From contig OW818647.1 in assembly GCA_942492855.1 (NCBI GenBank), positions 2,486,264 to 2,550,263 of the forward strand: 64,000 bases of DNA. Direction: 5' to 3'. This document shows, one piece after another, positions 8,535 to 18,676 of this stretch. The notes beneath the pieces were generated by a model. It ran no database searches, was not told where the DNA came from, and saw nothing but the letters and a program-made list of their open reading frames with translations. Numbering within the stretch: the first letter of the stretch is position 1; every line of letters begins with the position of its first letter. The DNA is from Armatimonadota bacterium. Its GTDB lineage: Bacteria; Armatimonadota; HRBIN16. Position numbers and translations under genes: made by a program.

Positions 8535-11500
8535 ATGAATGACAACGCCCAGATCATATCAACGCAAAACATCACCGTAAGCAGCTCGAACCCTGAGACC
8601 ACGGCCATCGTGTGGGATTTCGAGGCCGGCACCATGCAGGGATGGCGCATTGCCGTCGGGAAGCAGGCTTACCCGGTCTCGTGCAACCCCAACGCGCGGA
8701 ATGTGCTCAACACCCCGTTCCCCAGACAAGGCAAATACCACCTCTCGACACTCGACACCGATGCGCTGGGCAACTGCGATGATAATCAGACCGCGATTGT
8801 GGTGTCTCCGGTGTTTGAGTCACATGGCGGGATCATCAAGCTGATGGTGGGCGGTGGAATGAACGGCGCGGTCTATCTGGCGCTTTGTGACATGCAGGGC
8901 CATGAGCTGATGGTGGTCAGGGGGCGCAACGAAGAGCGGCTGTATGATACCGAGTGGGACGTGAGTGCCCTTAAGAACCAGCCGTTATTCCTCAAAATGG
9001 TGGATATGGCGAAAGGCTCTTGGGCCCATATCCATGTGGACAATGTGCGCATCAATGGCCTTCTCAGACCAGAACTGGATGCCAAGGTAGCCAAGCTGGT
9101 GCGCCTGCAGTGGCAGGATGCCGAAACCAAACTCGCTGCCGAGTTAGCTTACCGCGACAAGCTCCGTCTAGAGAACGCTGACCCAAAGAAGCTGCTGGTG
9201 ACTGGCCATCAGCGCGTCTACACCGGGCGATACCTGGACGCCATCAGCGTGCCTCTTGGCGGGATCGGCTCAGGATGTATCCAGATCACGGGGCACGGCG
9301 AGCGGATCTACCAGACCTTCAACAACTTCAGCCAAAACAAAGTGCCGAACAGCTTTTTCGGCCTCGCCGTCAAGGTGGGCAGCCGGACCCAGCTCCGTGC
9401 TCTGCAAGGCAAGGATGTGGGTCCCTTCAAGGGCTGGTCACCGGAGAGCTTCAGAGGCGAATACCCCTGGTGCGAGTGGGGGTTCCGCGAGAAGGGCCTG
9501 CCTGTCGAAGTCACCATGAACGCCTTCAGCCCGTTCATCCCTGGCAACCTAAAGGACTCCAGCAACCCTGTGGTGATCTTCCGCTTCACACTGCGCAATA
9601 CCACCACCAAGCCGGTCAGCCTGCGCTTGCTGGGGTTGCACCGTAATCCGGTGGGTCAGCGCGAGGGGGTGTCACCGACAACCCTGCAGCACCCGGCATA
9701 TGGTCAGAATACCAATGAGATCACACATCAGAACGGCATCACCACACTGGTGATGAGCGGTCCCGATGGTAATATGAGCCTGGCGGTGAACGGCAACGCC
9801 ACGGGACGCGCCTCGGTGAAAGACCACACCGAGTTGGCCAAACCGATGTCTGCCCTCAACCATGCCGGGCCGACGCCCAACGGCTCCACGCTGGACGGTG
9901 CTCTCGAAGTGCCCATCAGCTTGCAGCCAGGCGAGGCGAAGACGATCAGCTTTACGCTGGGTTGGTATTTCCCGGGTGCCGTGAACGGCAGCCCCAACCG
10001 CGCCAGCAAGTGGACGTTTGATGGCAACTACTACGAGACGAAGTGGCGGAACAGCCAGCAGGTGGCCCACTGGGCGCTATCCAATCTGGAGAGGTTGACG
10101 CACGAGACCAAGCTATACCACGACACGCTCTACAGCAGTAACCTGCCACGCTACATCCTGGACCGAGCCAGTTCGCAGTTGGCGGTGCTGGTCAGCAAGA
10201 CTTGCTTCTGGAGCCGCAGCGGCTTCTTCGGTATGTGGGAGGGATGTCTGGAATCGGGCACAGGGTGCTGCGAAGGCAACTGCCTGCATGTGTGGCACTA
10301 CGCGCAGGGGCAGGCCTGGCTTTTTCCCGAACTCGGTCGCATGATGCGCGAGCAGGAGATCCACAACATCAAGCGCGACGGCAGTCTGCCCCACCGCATC
10401 GCCGAGGGGCATGTCCCCGCCGCCGATGGCCTGTTCGGCTGCGTGCTGGGAACCTACCGTGAGCACCTGTTGAGCCCCAACGCGACCTGGCTGAAGAAGA
10501 ACTGGCGCATATTGAAGCCCACCATGGAATGGGCCATCAAGACCTGGGACGCCGATGAAGATGGATACATGAGCGGTCCACAGTGGGACACGCTGGACAG
10601 CTCTCTGGGTGGCTGCAGCAGTTGGATAGGCTCATTGTATCTGGCGGCTCTGAAAGCTTGTGCTCAGATGGCGGACAAATGCGGCGATCCTGCGTCCACC
10701 CGGTATGACGCCATCGCGCGCAGGGGGTATACCAACCAGGGCGAGAGGCTGTTCAACGGCGAATACTACCAGCAGATTCCCGGCTCTGAGCCGCTGTATG
10801 ACTACAAAGACGGCTGCAGCATCGACCAGGTGCTGGGCCAGTGGTGGGCTGATCTGCTGCATCTGGGAGATGTCTACCCGCGTGCGCATGTCAAGAAAGC
10901 TGTGAAAGCGCTCTTTAAGCACAACTTCCAGCCTCACATGGGCGACCGTGAACAGGGTCGCGGCTATGTGGCCAGCTACGACGGTGGCTTGCAGATGATC
11001 ATCTGGCCGAAGAATAACCGGCCAACCCTGTCGACCCCAGGATCGCCCGAGGTGATGAGCGGCTTTGAATACAGTGCCGCCGCAGCGATGGTTCAGAATG
11101 GTGACCTGGAGCAAGGCTACCGTGTGGTGAAGACCGCCGCTGACCGGTATGACGGTATGCTGCGCACGGGCATGAACGCCAGCTCAAGTGTGTGTTGGGG
11201 ATACAGCGGCAACCCGTTTGGTGACGATGAGTGCGGCAAGTTTTACGGTCGTGCGTTGAGCAGTTGGTCGATGATCCCTGCCAGCCAGGGCCTGATCCTG
11301 GACGGCCCCAAGGGGATACTCGGCTTCAAGCCACAGTGGCAGCCGCAGGATCACCGCAGCTTCTTCCCTGTGCCTCAGGGCTACGGGTTGTTCTCACAGA
11401 CAGTTCGCGATGGCCAGCAGAATGACACCATCCGCATGACGACGGGTGGCATCGAGCTGAAGCAGATCATGCTTCAGGCATACGGTGGTCGCGGGGTGAA

Positions 11501-11639
11501 GACCGTGAAGCTCAGCCTCAACGGGGTGGTGCTCAAGAGCAGCTACCGCGTGCAGGATGGTTTGGTGAACATCACTCTGGCGGCGCCTCTGACGCTGCTT
11601 GCCGGCCAAGTGCTGACGGTGGCTGTCGCGCTGCGGTAG
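8535..11639 (+). CDS. Glycoside hydrolase family 116 with extra N-terminal domain, paralog B (tandem duplicate of 5180..8293)
   Basis: Collinear with the upstream gene at roughly 70-75% aa identity. Same PLGGIGSGCI and GCCEGNCLHVWHYAQG motifs. Confidence 0.7.
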   Translation: MNDNAQIISTQNITVSSSNPETTAIVWDFEAGTMQGWRIAVGKQAYPVSCNPNARNVLNTPFPRQGKYHLSTLDTDALGNCDDNQTAIVVSPVFESHGGIIKLMVGGGMNGAVYLALCDMQGHELMVVRGRNEERLYDTEWDVSALKNQPLFLKMVDMAKGSWAHIHVDNVRINGLLRPELDAKVAKLVRLQWQDAETKLAAELAYRDKLRLENADPKKLLVTGHQRVYTGRYLDAISVPLGGIGSGCIQITGHGERIYQTFNNFSQNKVPNSFFGLAVKVGSRTQLRALQGKDVGPFKGWSPESFRGEYPWCEWGFREKGLPVEVTMNAFSPFIPGNLKDSSNPVVIFRFTLRNTTTKPVSLRLLGLHRNPVGQREGVSPTTLQHPAYGQNTNEITHQNGITTLVMSGPDGNMSLAVNGNATGRASVKDHTELAKPMSALNHAGPTPNGSTLDGALEVPISLQPGEAKTISFTLGWYFPGAVNGSPNRASKWTFDGNYYETKWRNSQQVAHWALSNLERLTHETKLYHDTLYSSNLPRYILDRASSQLAVLVSKTCFWSRSGFFGMWEGCLESGTGCCEGNCLHVWHYAQGQAWLFPELGRMMREQEIHNIKRDGSLPHRIAEGHVPAADGLFGCVLGTYREHLLSPNATWLKKNWRILKPTMEWAIKTWDADEDGYMSGPQWDTLDSSLGGCSSWIGSLYLAALKACAQMADKCGDPASTRYDAIARRGYTNQGERLFNGEYYQQIPGSEPLYDYKDGCSIDQVLGQWWADLLHLGDVYPRAHVKKAVKALFKHNFQPHMGDREQGRGYVASYDGGLQMIIWPKNNRPTLSTPGSPEVMSGFEYSAAAAMVQNGDLEQGYRVVKTAADRYDGMLRTGMNASSSVCWGYSGNPFGDDECGKFYGRALSSWSMIPASQGLILDGPKGILGFKPQWQPQDHRSFFPVPQGYGLFSQTVRDGQQNDTIRMTTGGIELKQIMLQAYGGRGVKTVKLSLNGVVLKSSYRVQDGLVNITLAAPLTLLAGQVLTVAVALR

Positions 11640-11964
11640 GATGATCGGGGAGTATTATTTATCAGTCGGATTGGACGGATCGGTCGGATCCGACTGATGT
11701 GCGATATAGGTACGGTGGGCTATCCGCCAGACCGCGCCGGAGATGGGCTGCACAGCCGCCGCAAGCGTGCTGAGAAACCGGCGCGGTCAATACCTAATCT
11801 GTGTATTCTGTGTAATCTGTGGATTGATTGTCCCTTCGTGCCGATCGCTAACGGCGATGGACATAGCTATCCTTCGGCGCAAGAAGGGCGGTTCGCGAAC
11901 CACCCCTACCAAATTACCTTCGCGCCGTCACCTGCGGTGCCGCGGCTCCTCGTGGGGCAACCCC

Positions 11965-13944
11965 CTAGGCCAGCTCGGCGATGCCGGTACACAGCTCGTA
12001 GTACCGCCCACGCTGTTGCAGCAGGCTAGCGTGGTTGCCGCGCTCAATGATCTCGCCGTTCTCCAGCACCATGATGGCATCGGCGTTGCGCACGGTGGAC
12101 AGCCGGTGGGCGATCACAAATGTGGTGCGACCGTGCATCAGTTGGCCCATGCCCCGCTCGATCAGCCGCTCGGTGCGGGTGTCAATGGAGCTGGTGGCCT
12201 CGTCCAGAATCAGCACCGGTGGATCGGCCACGGCGGCGCGGGCGATGGAGAGAAGCTGCCGCTGGCCCTGCGAAAGGTTGATGCCGTCTGCCGAGAGCAC
12301 CGTGTCATACCCATCGGGCAGGCGGCTGATGAAGCCGTGGGCGTTGGCCAGTTTTGCGGCCTGCACAATCTGCTCATCGGTGGGGTTCGCCTTGCCATAC
12401 CGGATGTTTTCGCGGATGCTGCCCTGGAAGAGGTGGACATCCTGCAGCACCACACCCAGTGTGCGGCGCAGGTCGGCCTTGCTGATATCGCGGACGTCGA
12501 TGCCGTCGTAAGTGATACTGCCGGATTCGATCTCGTAGAACCGGTTGATCAGATTGGTGATGGTGGTCTTTCCGGCCCCCGTGGATCCCACGAATGCGAT
12601 CTTCTGCCCGGGTTCGGCATACACGCTGAGCTGCTTCAGCACCAGCTTCTCGGGCACATAGCCAAAGTCGACCCCTTCGCACCGCACTTCACCGCGGCAC
12701 TCCCTCAAGTTGACGGTGCCATCGGCGGCCACGGTGCGCCACGCCAGCACGCTTTCTGTAGGTTCATCAGGCGCGGAATCCGCGGCATGGAAACTGTGTT
12801 CGAAGTCGGCAGTGGGGTCGCCCTCATGCTCGGTCAGCGAGCCATCGGCGTTGCGAGTGGCCAGAACCAGCCGCACCTTGCCCTCGTCGATCTCAGGGGT
12901 CTGGTCCATTACGTCGAAGATTCGCTCAGCCCCGGCTAGAGCCGCCAGCAGCATGTTAATCTGGTTAGCGATCTGCGTGATGGGCTGTGAGAACGAGCGC
13001 GTATACTGCAGGTATGCGGCGATGGTGCCTATGTCCATCAGCCCACGGATGGTCATTATCGCGCCCACCATGGCCGTCACGGCGTAGTTCATGTAGGACA
13101 GGTTGCCCATGATGGGCATCAGCATACCGGCGTAGGTCTGGGCATCGGTCGAGGCCACGCGAAGCTCCTCGTTCCGCTTGCGGAACTCCACCTGAGCGGT
13201 CTGTTCATAGTTGAACACCTTGACCACCTTCTGGCCCTCCATCATCTCCTCGATGTAGCCGTTCAGGGCCCCCAGCGACTTCTGCTGGTCGCGGAAATAC
13301 TGCGCGCTCTTGCCGCCCACATACTTCATCGCGTAGCCCATCACGATCAGCATCAGCACGATGAACAGCGTCAGGAACGGGCTGAACCACAGCATCATCA
13401 GAAAGGTGCCCACCACGGTGATGAGCGAGGTGACGGTGGATGACAGGCTCTGCTCCAGCGCCATATTCACGTTGTCCACATCGTTGGTGAAGCGGCTCAT
13501 CAGTTCGCCCTGCGTGTTGCTGTCGAAGTAGCGCAATGGCAGCTTTTGCAGGTGCGAGAACAGTGCGGTGCGGATGCGGTTGGTGGTGCGCTGTGCGATG
13601 GTAACCATCATCAAGCTGCTGAGGTAGGTGCAGAGTGCCCCTGCCAGGAAAATCAACGTCATCATGCCCAGTGTGCCTAGCATCCCGGCCGGGCCGATCC
13701 CGCTGATCAGACCATTAAAGAACGGCTTTAGATAATAGGTGCCTGCCACGCCGGCGAAGGCACTGAGGATGGTCAAAACCATCGCGGCGATCAGCAGCGG
13801 CAGGCTGCCAGCCAGCGTGGCGAATAGCCGCATCAAGGTCTTTACGGCGTTCTTTGGTTTCGCCGTGGTGAAGGGGGTATGCCCCGGTCCTCCAATGGTC
13901 TGCTCGCGTCGGACAGCCTTTGCTTTTTGCCACTCTGTGCTCAT
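11965..13944 (-). CDS. ABC transporter permease/ATP-binding protein (type I exporter half-transporter) with an acidic insertion in the NBD
   Basis: N-terminal six-TM domain. Walker A GSTGAGKTT, ABC signature LSQGQRQLLSIARA and Walker B ILDEATSSID are present. A ~45-aa acidic insert (TRNADGSLTEHEGDPTADFEHSFHAADSAPDEPTE...) sits between the TMD and the first NBD beta-strands. Confidence 0.85.
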   Translation of the reverse strand: MSTEWQKAKAVRREQTIGGPGHTPFTTAKPKNAVKTLMRLFATLAGSLPLLIAAMVLTILSAFAGVAGTYYLKPFFNGLISGIGPAGMLGTLGMMTLIFLAGALCTYLSSLMMVTIAQRTTNRIRTALFSHLQKLPLRYFDSNTQGELMSRFTNDVDNVNMALEQSLSSTVTSLITVVGTFLMMLWFSPFLTLFIVLMLIVMGYAMKYVGGKSAQYFRDQQKSLGALNGYIEEMMEGQKVVKVFNYEQTAQVEFRKRNEELRVASTDAQTYAGMLMPIMGNLSYMNYAVTAMVGAIMTIRGLMDIGTIAAYLQYTRSFSQPITQIANQINMLLAALAGAERIFDVMDQTPEIDEGKVRLVLATRNADGSLTEHEGDPTADFEHSFHAADSAPDEPTESVLAWRTVAADGTVNLRECRGEVRCEGVDFGYVPEKLVLKQLSVYAEPGQKIAFVGSTGAGKTTITNLINRFYEIESGSITYDGIDVRDISKADLRRTLGVVLQDVHLFQGSIRENIRYGKANPTDEQIVQAAKLANAHGFISRLPDGYDTVLSADGINLSQGQRQLLSIARAAVADPPVLILDEATSSIDTRTERLIERGMGQLMHGRTTFVIAHRLSTVRNADAIMVLENGEIIERGNHASLLQQRGRYYELCTGIAELA

Positions 13945-15671
13945 CCTGCTAACGCCCCTTCCCGCTGCGACTCATAGACATCGCGGTAAATCTCATTGTT
14001 CTCCAGCAGCTCCTCGTGAGTACCGATACCGTTTACCCGCCCGTCATCCATCACGATCACCCGATCTGCGTGGGAGATCGAGCTGATGCGCTGGGCGATT
14101 ATCAGCGTGGTCACATCGGCCAGCCGCGTGGTGAAGCTCTCCCGGATATGCGCGTCGGTCGCCATATCGACGGCACTGGTGGAGTCGTCCAATATGATAA
14201 TCTTGGGCTGCTTCAGCAAGGCACGGGCGATACACAGCCGCTGGCGTTGGCCACCCGACAGGTTCACGCCGCCCTGGTCCAGGTTGGAATCCAGCCCATC
14301 CGGCAGCTCGTTGATGAAATTCCAGGCTTGAGCCGCCTCGCACGCCTGCTGTATCTGCTGCTCGGTGGCACCGGGGTTGCCCCACATCAGGTTCTCCCGC
14401 ACGGTGCCTGAAAAGAGCGTGTTCTTCTGCAGAACCATTGCCACCGCATCACGCAGATGGCTGATGGCGTAGTGGCGCACATCGATCCCGCCCACCAGCA
14501 CTGCACCTGCGGTCACGTCATACAGCCGGGGGATAAGCTGCACCAGCGTGGTCTTGGCCGAACCCGTGGAGCCAATGATTCCGATGGTCTCGCCGGCCTC
14601 AATGCGCAAGGTGACTTCGGCGAGGGTTTCGTCGCCCGAGCCGGAGGCATACCGGAAATGCACATTCTGAAACTCGATGGAGCCGTCCGCCACTGTGGTG
14701 ATTGCCTGTGCGGGGTCAACGATGTCTGGCTCAGTCTCCATCACCTCCACCACGCGCTCCACCGAAGCCTTCGCGCGGGTGAGCATCAGGAACACCATCG
14801 ACAGGATCATCAGAGACATCAATATCTGCGTGACATAGCTGATGAAACTGATCAACTGCCCGGTCTGCATGTTCCCGGCGCTGACCATCTGACCGCCAAA
14901 CCACAGGATGGCGATGATGCAGCCAAACATGATGAGCTGCATGAGCGGCATTAATGTGATCACCAGCCGTAAAGCGTGCAGCGCGCTGTTCATCAGGTCG
15001 TCATTGGACGCCTTGAACTTCTGCTGCTCGTAGTCGGTGCGGACAAACGACTTCACCACACGGATGTTGATCAGGTTCTCCTGAACTGAGGTGTTCAACC
15101 CGTCGATCTTGGCCTGAAGTATCCTGAACCTCGGATGTGCCTTGGTCATGATATACACGAGCGAGATGCTCAGCAGCGGGATGGCGACTATGAAAACCAT
15201 GGCGAGTTTTGGGTTTATCAACAGCGTCATGGCCAGTGCCAGAATCATCATGAACGGCGCCCGGACCATGATGCGTAGGCTCATCATGATGATCTGCTGG
15301 ATGTTGTTGATGTCAGATGTCAGACGGGTGATAAGCGAGGGGATACTGTATCTATCCAAATTGGCGAATGAAAAGGACTGTATCTTCTGAAATAGATCAT
15401 TGCGTATCTCGGCTCCGGCACCAATCGAAGCCACGGCCGCTAAGCGGCTGGCATAAGCACCGCACGCTAGCGCGAACAAAGCCAGCAGGATCATACCAAC
15501 ACCCGTATAGGTGATGGTGTGCATATCCTTCTGCGAAATGCCCTTGTCAATAATATGCGCCATCATCAGCGGCATCAAGATATCGCCGAACACTTCGAAC
15601 AGCATCAAAATCGGGCAGAGGATTGCAGCCAGTTTATAGTTACGCAGATAGGGCAGCAGTGTTTTAAGCAT
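13941..15671 (-). CDS. ABC transporter permease/ATP-binding protein (partner half-transporter, heterodimeric exporter)
   Basis: Walker A GSTGSAKTT, signature LSGGQRQRLCIARA and Walker B ILDDSTSAVD. It overlaps the downstream ABC gene by 4 bp (ATGA). Confidence 0.85.
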   Translation of the reverse strand: MLKTLLPYLRNYKLAAILCPILMLFEVFGDILMPLMMAHIIDKGISQKDMHTITYTGVGMILLALFALACGAYASRLAAVASIGAGAEIRNDLFQKIQSFSFANLDRYSIPSLITRLTSDINNIQQIIMMSLRIMVRAPFMMILALAMTLLINPKLAMVFIVAIPLLSISLVYIMTKAHPRFRILQAKIDGLNTSVQENLINIRVVKSFVRTDYEQQKFKASNDDLMNSALHALRLVITLMPLMQLIMFGCIIAILWFGGQMVSAGNMQTGQLISFISYVTQILMSLMILSMVFLMLTRAKASVERVVEVMETEPDIVDPAQAITTVADGSIEFQNVHFRYASGSGDETLAEVTLRIEAGETIGIIGSTGSAKTTLVQLIPRLYDVTAGAVLVGGIDVRHYAISHLRDAVAMVLQKNTLFSGTVRENLMWGNPGATEQQIQQACEAAQAWNFINELPDGLDSNLDQGGVNLSGGQRQRLCIARALLKQPKIIILDDSTSAVDMATDAHIRESFTTRLADVTTLIIAQRISSISHADRVIVMDDGRVNGIGTHEELLENNEIYRDVYESQREGALAG

Positions 15672-16131
15672 CTTTTTCCACCGTCATTTGCACCAGGTTG
15701 TCGTAAATCCGCGCAAGCAGACCGCTAAGCAGCCCGATTTCCGCCTGGCTTAACCCCTCCAGCATCTTCGCATCGGCTTGAGCGCACTCTGTCAGACAGT
15801 CGATGTTTTGCTGCATCCCTTTGGGTGTGATTCGTATCTGGTTCGTCCGCTGGTCGGTTTCGCTTGCCACTTTCTCAAGCAGTCCGGCTTTACACATCCG
15901 TTTGATGGACATCGCCAGCGAAGCGGGGGATATCTGCAGCTTATCGGCGATTTCACGCTGTGAGGCCCCGTCCATATCCGCCACCGTGTGCAGGATACGC
16001 GGCTGCCCGCAATGCAGGCTATACTTGTCCAGAATGCCTACAATGGTTAGCATATGTTGATGATGCACATCGCGCAGTTTCCATGCGATGGCGGTGGCTG
16101 GATTTTCTAGCTGGTTCATGGGCTGGCCCAC
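15664..16131 (-). CDS. MarR family transcriptional regulator
   Basis: The winged-HTH segment QREIADKLQISPASLAMSIKRMCKAGLLEKVASETDQRTNQIRITPKG is typical of MarR. It overlaps the downstream ABC gene by 8 bp, consistent with an operon. Confidence 0.8.
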   Translation of the reverse strand: MGQPMNQLENPATAIAWKLRDVHHQHMLTIVGILDKYSLHCGQPRILHTVADMDGASQREIADKLQISPASLAMSIKRMCKAGLLEKVASETDQRTNQIRITPKGMQQNIDCLTECAQADAKMLEGLSQAEIGLLSGLLARIYDNLVQMTVEKDA

Positions 16132-16149
16132 CTCAGGTGCGGTTAACTG

Positions 16150-16176
16150 TTAGTCGGCTGATAGTTAGCCGACTAA
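16150..16176. promoter_or_regulatory. Perfect 10-bp inverted repeat TTAGTCGGCT-n7-AGCCGACTAA immediately upstream of marR start; candidate MarR operator
   Basis: The palindrome lies 20-45 bp upstream of the MarR start codon on the minus strand. MarR-family regulators bind pseudo-palindromic sites in their own promoters. Confidence 0.4.
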
Positions 16177-16245
16177 TCAATTATACTTCCAAGCCATAAG
16201 CAAGTCAAGCACCGCTATATCGCTTCATGGGTGGTGGGCCACCAG

Positions 16246-18441
16246 CTACCCCTGTCTGCTGCGGTCGAACAGCACAAACAGTCCGTTCCGCGCCGGCAGG
16301 TTCAACGACACGGTGCTGTACCGACCAGCGTGTTTTGCTTTGGATGGCTCCATCGTACCGCTGACGGGGTCCCAAATCTGAACCCGGCCTGTGGCCCGGA
16401 AGCTGATATCACCAGAGATCGGCTTTAAGCCGTTGTTCTGAACGTAGTAGATGTCCCCGCTCTTGACCGAGCGATGGTGGCAGTAGACGTCCATCCCTGC
16501 CGTGATCGCCCGCACATCGGCTCCACCGATGGCCTCCATCGCCTTCGGCAAGGTCTCGTGAGAGCTGAGCCGTATCACCCTGCTGCTCCAGGGTGCCGAA
16601 CTGCTCCACAACTGGTCAGACAGTTTGCGAAACGCGGTGTCGTAACCGGCATCAGCACGCTGACTGGGGATATCCCCACACGCGATGACGGTGCCGCCGC
16701 GTTCCACGAATCGCATGATCTTGACCAGTGTCGCATACTCCAGGGTGGTGACATTTGGCAGGACCAGCACGGAGTATCGGCACTCACCCACGCTCATCGC
16801 GCCGAAGGAAATCCTGGATCTCGCCACACTGGCCTCGTCGATGTAGTCAAAGTCGCGCTGGCAGCCCAGAAGCGTGCGGGTGACGGCCTGCCAGGCGTCG
16901 TCCACCTTCGCTGCGGCGGGGTTCACGTCCATATGCCACACCGGACGGTTGGAGGGCACAAAATCCGCCCATACCGAGGCGATGGGGTAGAGAACCGCCA
17001 CGTCGGCCACAAACTTGCCGCGGGTCAGCAGATAGCTCAGCCGGCCCGTGTAGTCGTTCAGAAGCTGCTGCACTTCGGGCGTATGCTCCACCTGCATGCT
17101 CAGCGTGGTCAGCCAGTTGATGCCCAGCACCCACTGCCAGCCCACCACTGAGAGCATATCGGCAGGCGGTGTTTGCTTGGTCACAAAGCAGAACGACTCC
17201 GTGGTGGTACGCGGTTTGCCATACAGATGCGCCACCGAGCTGATCAGTTTTGGGGTGACCGGCCCGCCTTCGGTGCGTGAGCCTGACATGTTGCCGTAGG
17301 CGCAGCCCAGCAGGTCGACGCCCGGCCAGTCCAGCTCAGCCAGGGAGTCGACAATGCTGCCGTAGAAGTAGGCGTGGTAGATCAGCGATTCTTCCCACAC
17401 GCAGTGCCCGGTGGAGGCCACATTGTGCTGCTGACACCATTTGCGGATTTGGCCGAAGTAGTTGTCGGCGGTCAGCCGTGAAGTTGCACTATAGTAGTCG
17501 CAACGCTTCTTGACGGTGTCGGGCCCCACGTCGTTGAACAACGCAGGTAAAGCCTCACGGAGATCATATCCGCGCATTTTGCGGAAGGCAGCCGGTAGTC
17601 CGTCCCACCAGGAGAGAACCGGGAATTTCTGGTTCTCTTCCATCAAATACCCGCCCATCAGCGAAGGTTCATCGGTGAAGAACGCCTGGATGGTCTTGCC
17701 AAACTCATCCCCATGTCGAGCGAAATACTGCTCATGGGTGACCTCTATGAATTTGCGCACCGCGCGAGGGTCCATGATGTTGATGTATCGCTCGCCAAGT
17801 ATCTCAGAATGGGTGCCCTTGTACAGCCTGTCCTGCACGAAGGCCATGATCCGCCAGTTGCCGGGCTTGAGCTCATACTTCAGCACGCCGTTTGCCACTC
17901 GGCTGGTCAACTCCGCTGGCTTACCCACCAACGGCGTGTGAGCACCCGTCGTGGCATAGAGCACCACATAGTAAGGTTGGCCAGCGGGCAGCTTCCACTC
18001 ACCCGACCGAGGCGCCGATTCGCCGATGTCGATCGCGTCATAATACAGGCCCTGCGCCTCGAACTCGGGGTGGTCTTTCAGCACCAGTGCTCCCGCTTTG
18101 CCGCTGGGATAACCCCGTTCGTCATATATCCACATCGACAGGTTGTTCTCTTTACACGCCTTCAACGCCTCAGAAAACTGGCTCCAGCTCTCTTTGGTCT
18201 GCAGGTAACCCTCGCCCCAGTCGGGATACTGCACATTCATGCCACCCCAGCCGGCACCGCGCGCGCCGCTGGCCTGCTGCTGGATATGCGCGTAGTCGTA
18301 GGAGCACATCGGCAGTGCCCGATACTGCGTTTCGGGGTTCTTGAAACCTGCGGATATCTCAGCGATGCTCGATTGGTCAGGTGCAGCTTTCATGGGGTAA
18401 ACGGCCTCCTGGGTTTGGCGATTATGGATTGCATTTAGCAT
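16246..18441 (-). CDS. Hypothetical protein, probable glycoside-hydrolase-like enzyme (family not assignable)
   Basis: A 731-aa ORF; the true start may be the internal Met (MKAAPDQ, 45 nt downstream). It is rich in aromatic residues and acidic motifs typical of glycosidases (WIYDERGYPSG, GHCVWEESLIYH), but I see no unambiguous family signature. Confidence 0.3.
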   Translation of the reverse strand: MLNAIHNRQTQEAVYPMKAAPDQSSIAEISAGFKNPETQYRALPMCSYDYAHIQQQASGARGAGWGGMNVQYPDWGEGYLQTKESWSQFSEALKACKENNLSMWIYDERGYPSGKAGALVLKDHPEFEAQGLYYDAIDIGESAPRSGEWKLPAGQPYYVVLYATTGAHTPLVGKPAELTSRVANGVLKYELKPGNWRIMAFVQDRLYKGTHSEILGERYINIMDPRAVRKFIEVTHEQYFARHGDEFGKTIQAFFTDEPSLMGGYLMEENQKFPVLSWWDGLPAAFRKMRGYDLREALPALFNDVGPDTVKKRCDYYSATSRLTADNYFGQIRKWCQQHNVASTGHCVWEESLIYHAYFYGSIVDSLAELDWPGVDLLGCAYGNMSGSRTEGGPVTPKLISSVAHLYGKPRTTTESFCFVTKQTPPADMLSVVGWQWVLGINWLTTLSMQVEHTPEVQQLLNDYTGRLSYLLTRGKFVADVAVLYPIASVWADFVPSNRPVWHMDVNPAAAKVDDAWQAVTRTLLGCQRDFDYIDEASVARSRISFGAMSVGECRYSVLVLPNVTTLEYATLVKIMRFVERGGTVIACGDIPSQRADAGYDTAFRKLSDQLWSSSAPWSSRVIRLSSHETLPKAMEAIGGADVRAITAGMDVYCHHRSVKSGDIYYVQNNGLKPISGDISFRATGRVQIWDPVSGTMEPSKAKHAGRYSTVSLNLPARNGLFVLFDRSRQG

Positions 18442-18559
18442 AGTATATCCAAAGCCGCAACAGACGGTGGGTTTGCGGGATTGATATCAATCACATACTG
18501 TGTATAATACATATCATAAGTATCGCCTACCGATGGGCAAGAAAGGGGACGTGAGTACG

Positions 18560-18649
18560 ATGGGATCAACACCGCAAGCTATCTGTATGTCCGGTCATAT
18601 CACCACCACTACCACTACCTCTTCTTTCCGGAGGTCGCGGCGTATCTGA
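18560..18649 (+). CDS. Leader peptide MGSTPQAICMSGHITTTTTTSSFRRSRRI (or the shorter MSGHITTTTTTSSFRRSRRI from ATG 18587) with six consecutive Thr codons
   Basis: The RBS-like AAAGGGGA sits 9 nt before ATG 18560. The ORF contains ACC ACC ACT ACC ACT ACC and ends at TGA 18647-18649. It lies in the leader of the ThrRS-like gene, upstream of a terminator hairpin. Confidence 0.5.
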   Translation: MGSTPQAICMSGHITTTTTTSSFRRSRRI

Positions 18650-18676
18650 ACGTGCTCCAAATCAACAGTTTCGAAA

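Noticed and set aside
11743-12939. 398-aa + strand ORF overlapping the ABC transporter gene
   Set aside because: Antisense to a gene with unambiguous Walker/ABC signature motifs. Its amino-acid composition is low-complexity and Ala/Gly/Arg-rich.
17713-18438. 241-aa + strand ORF; also 16474..17151 +
   Set aside because: They fall inside the 731-aa minus-strand gene and have no motifs, so they are shadow ORFs.
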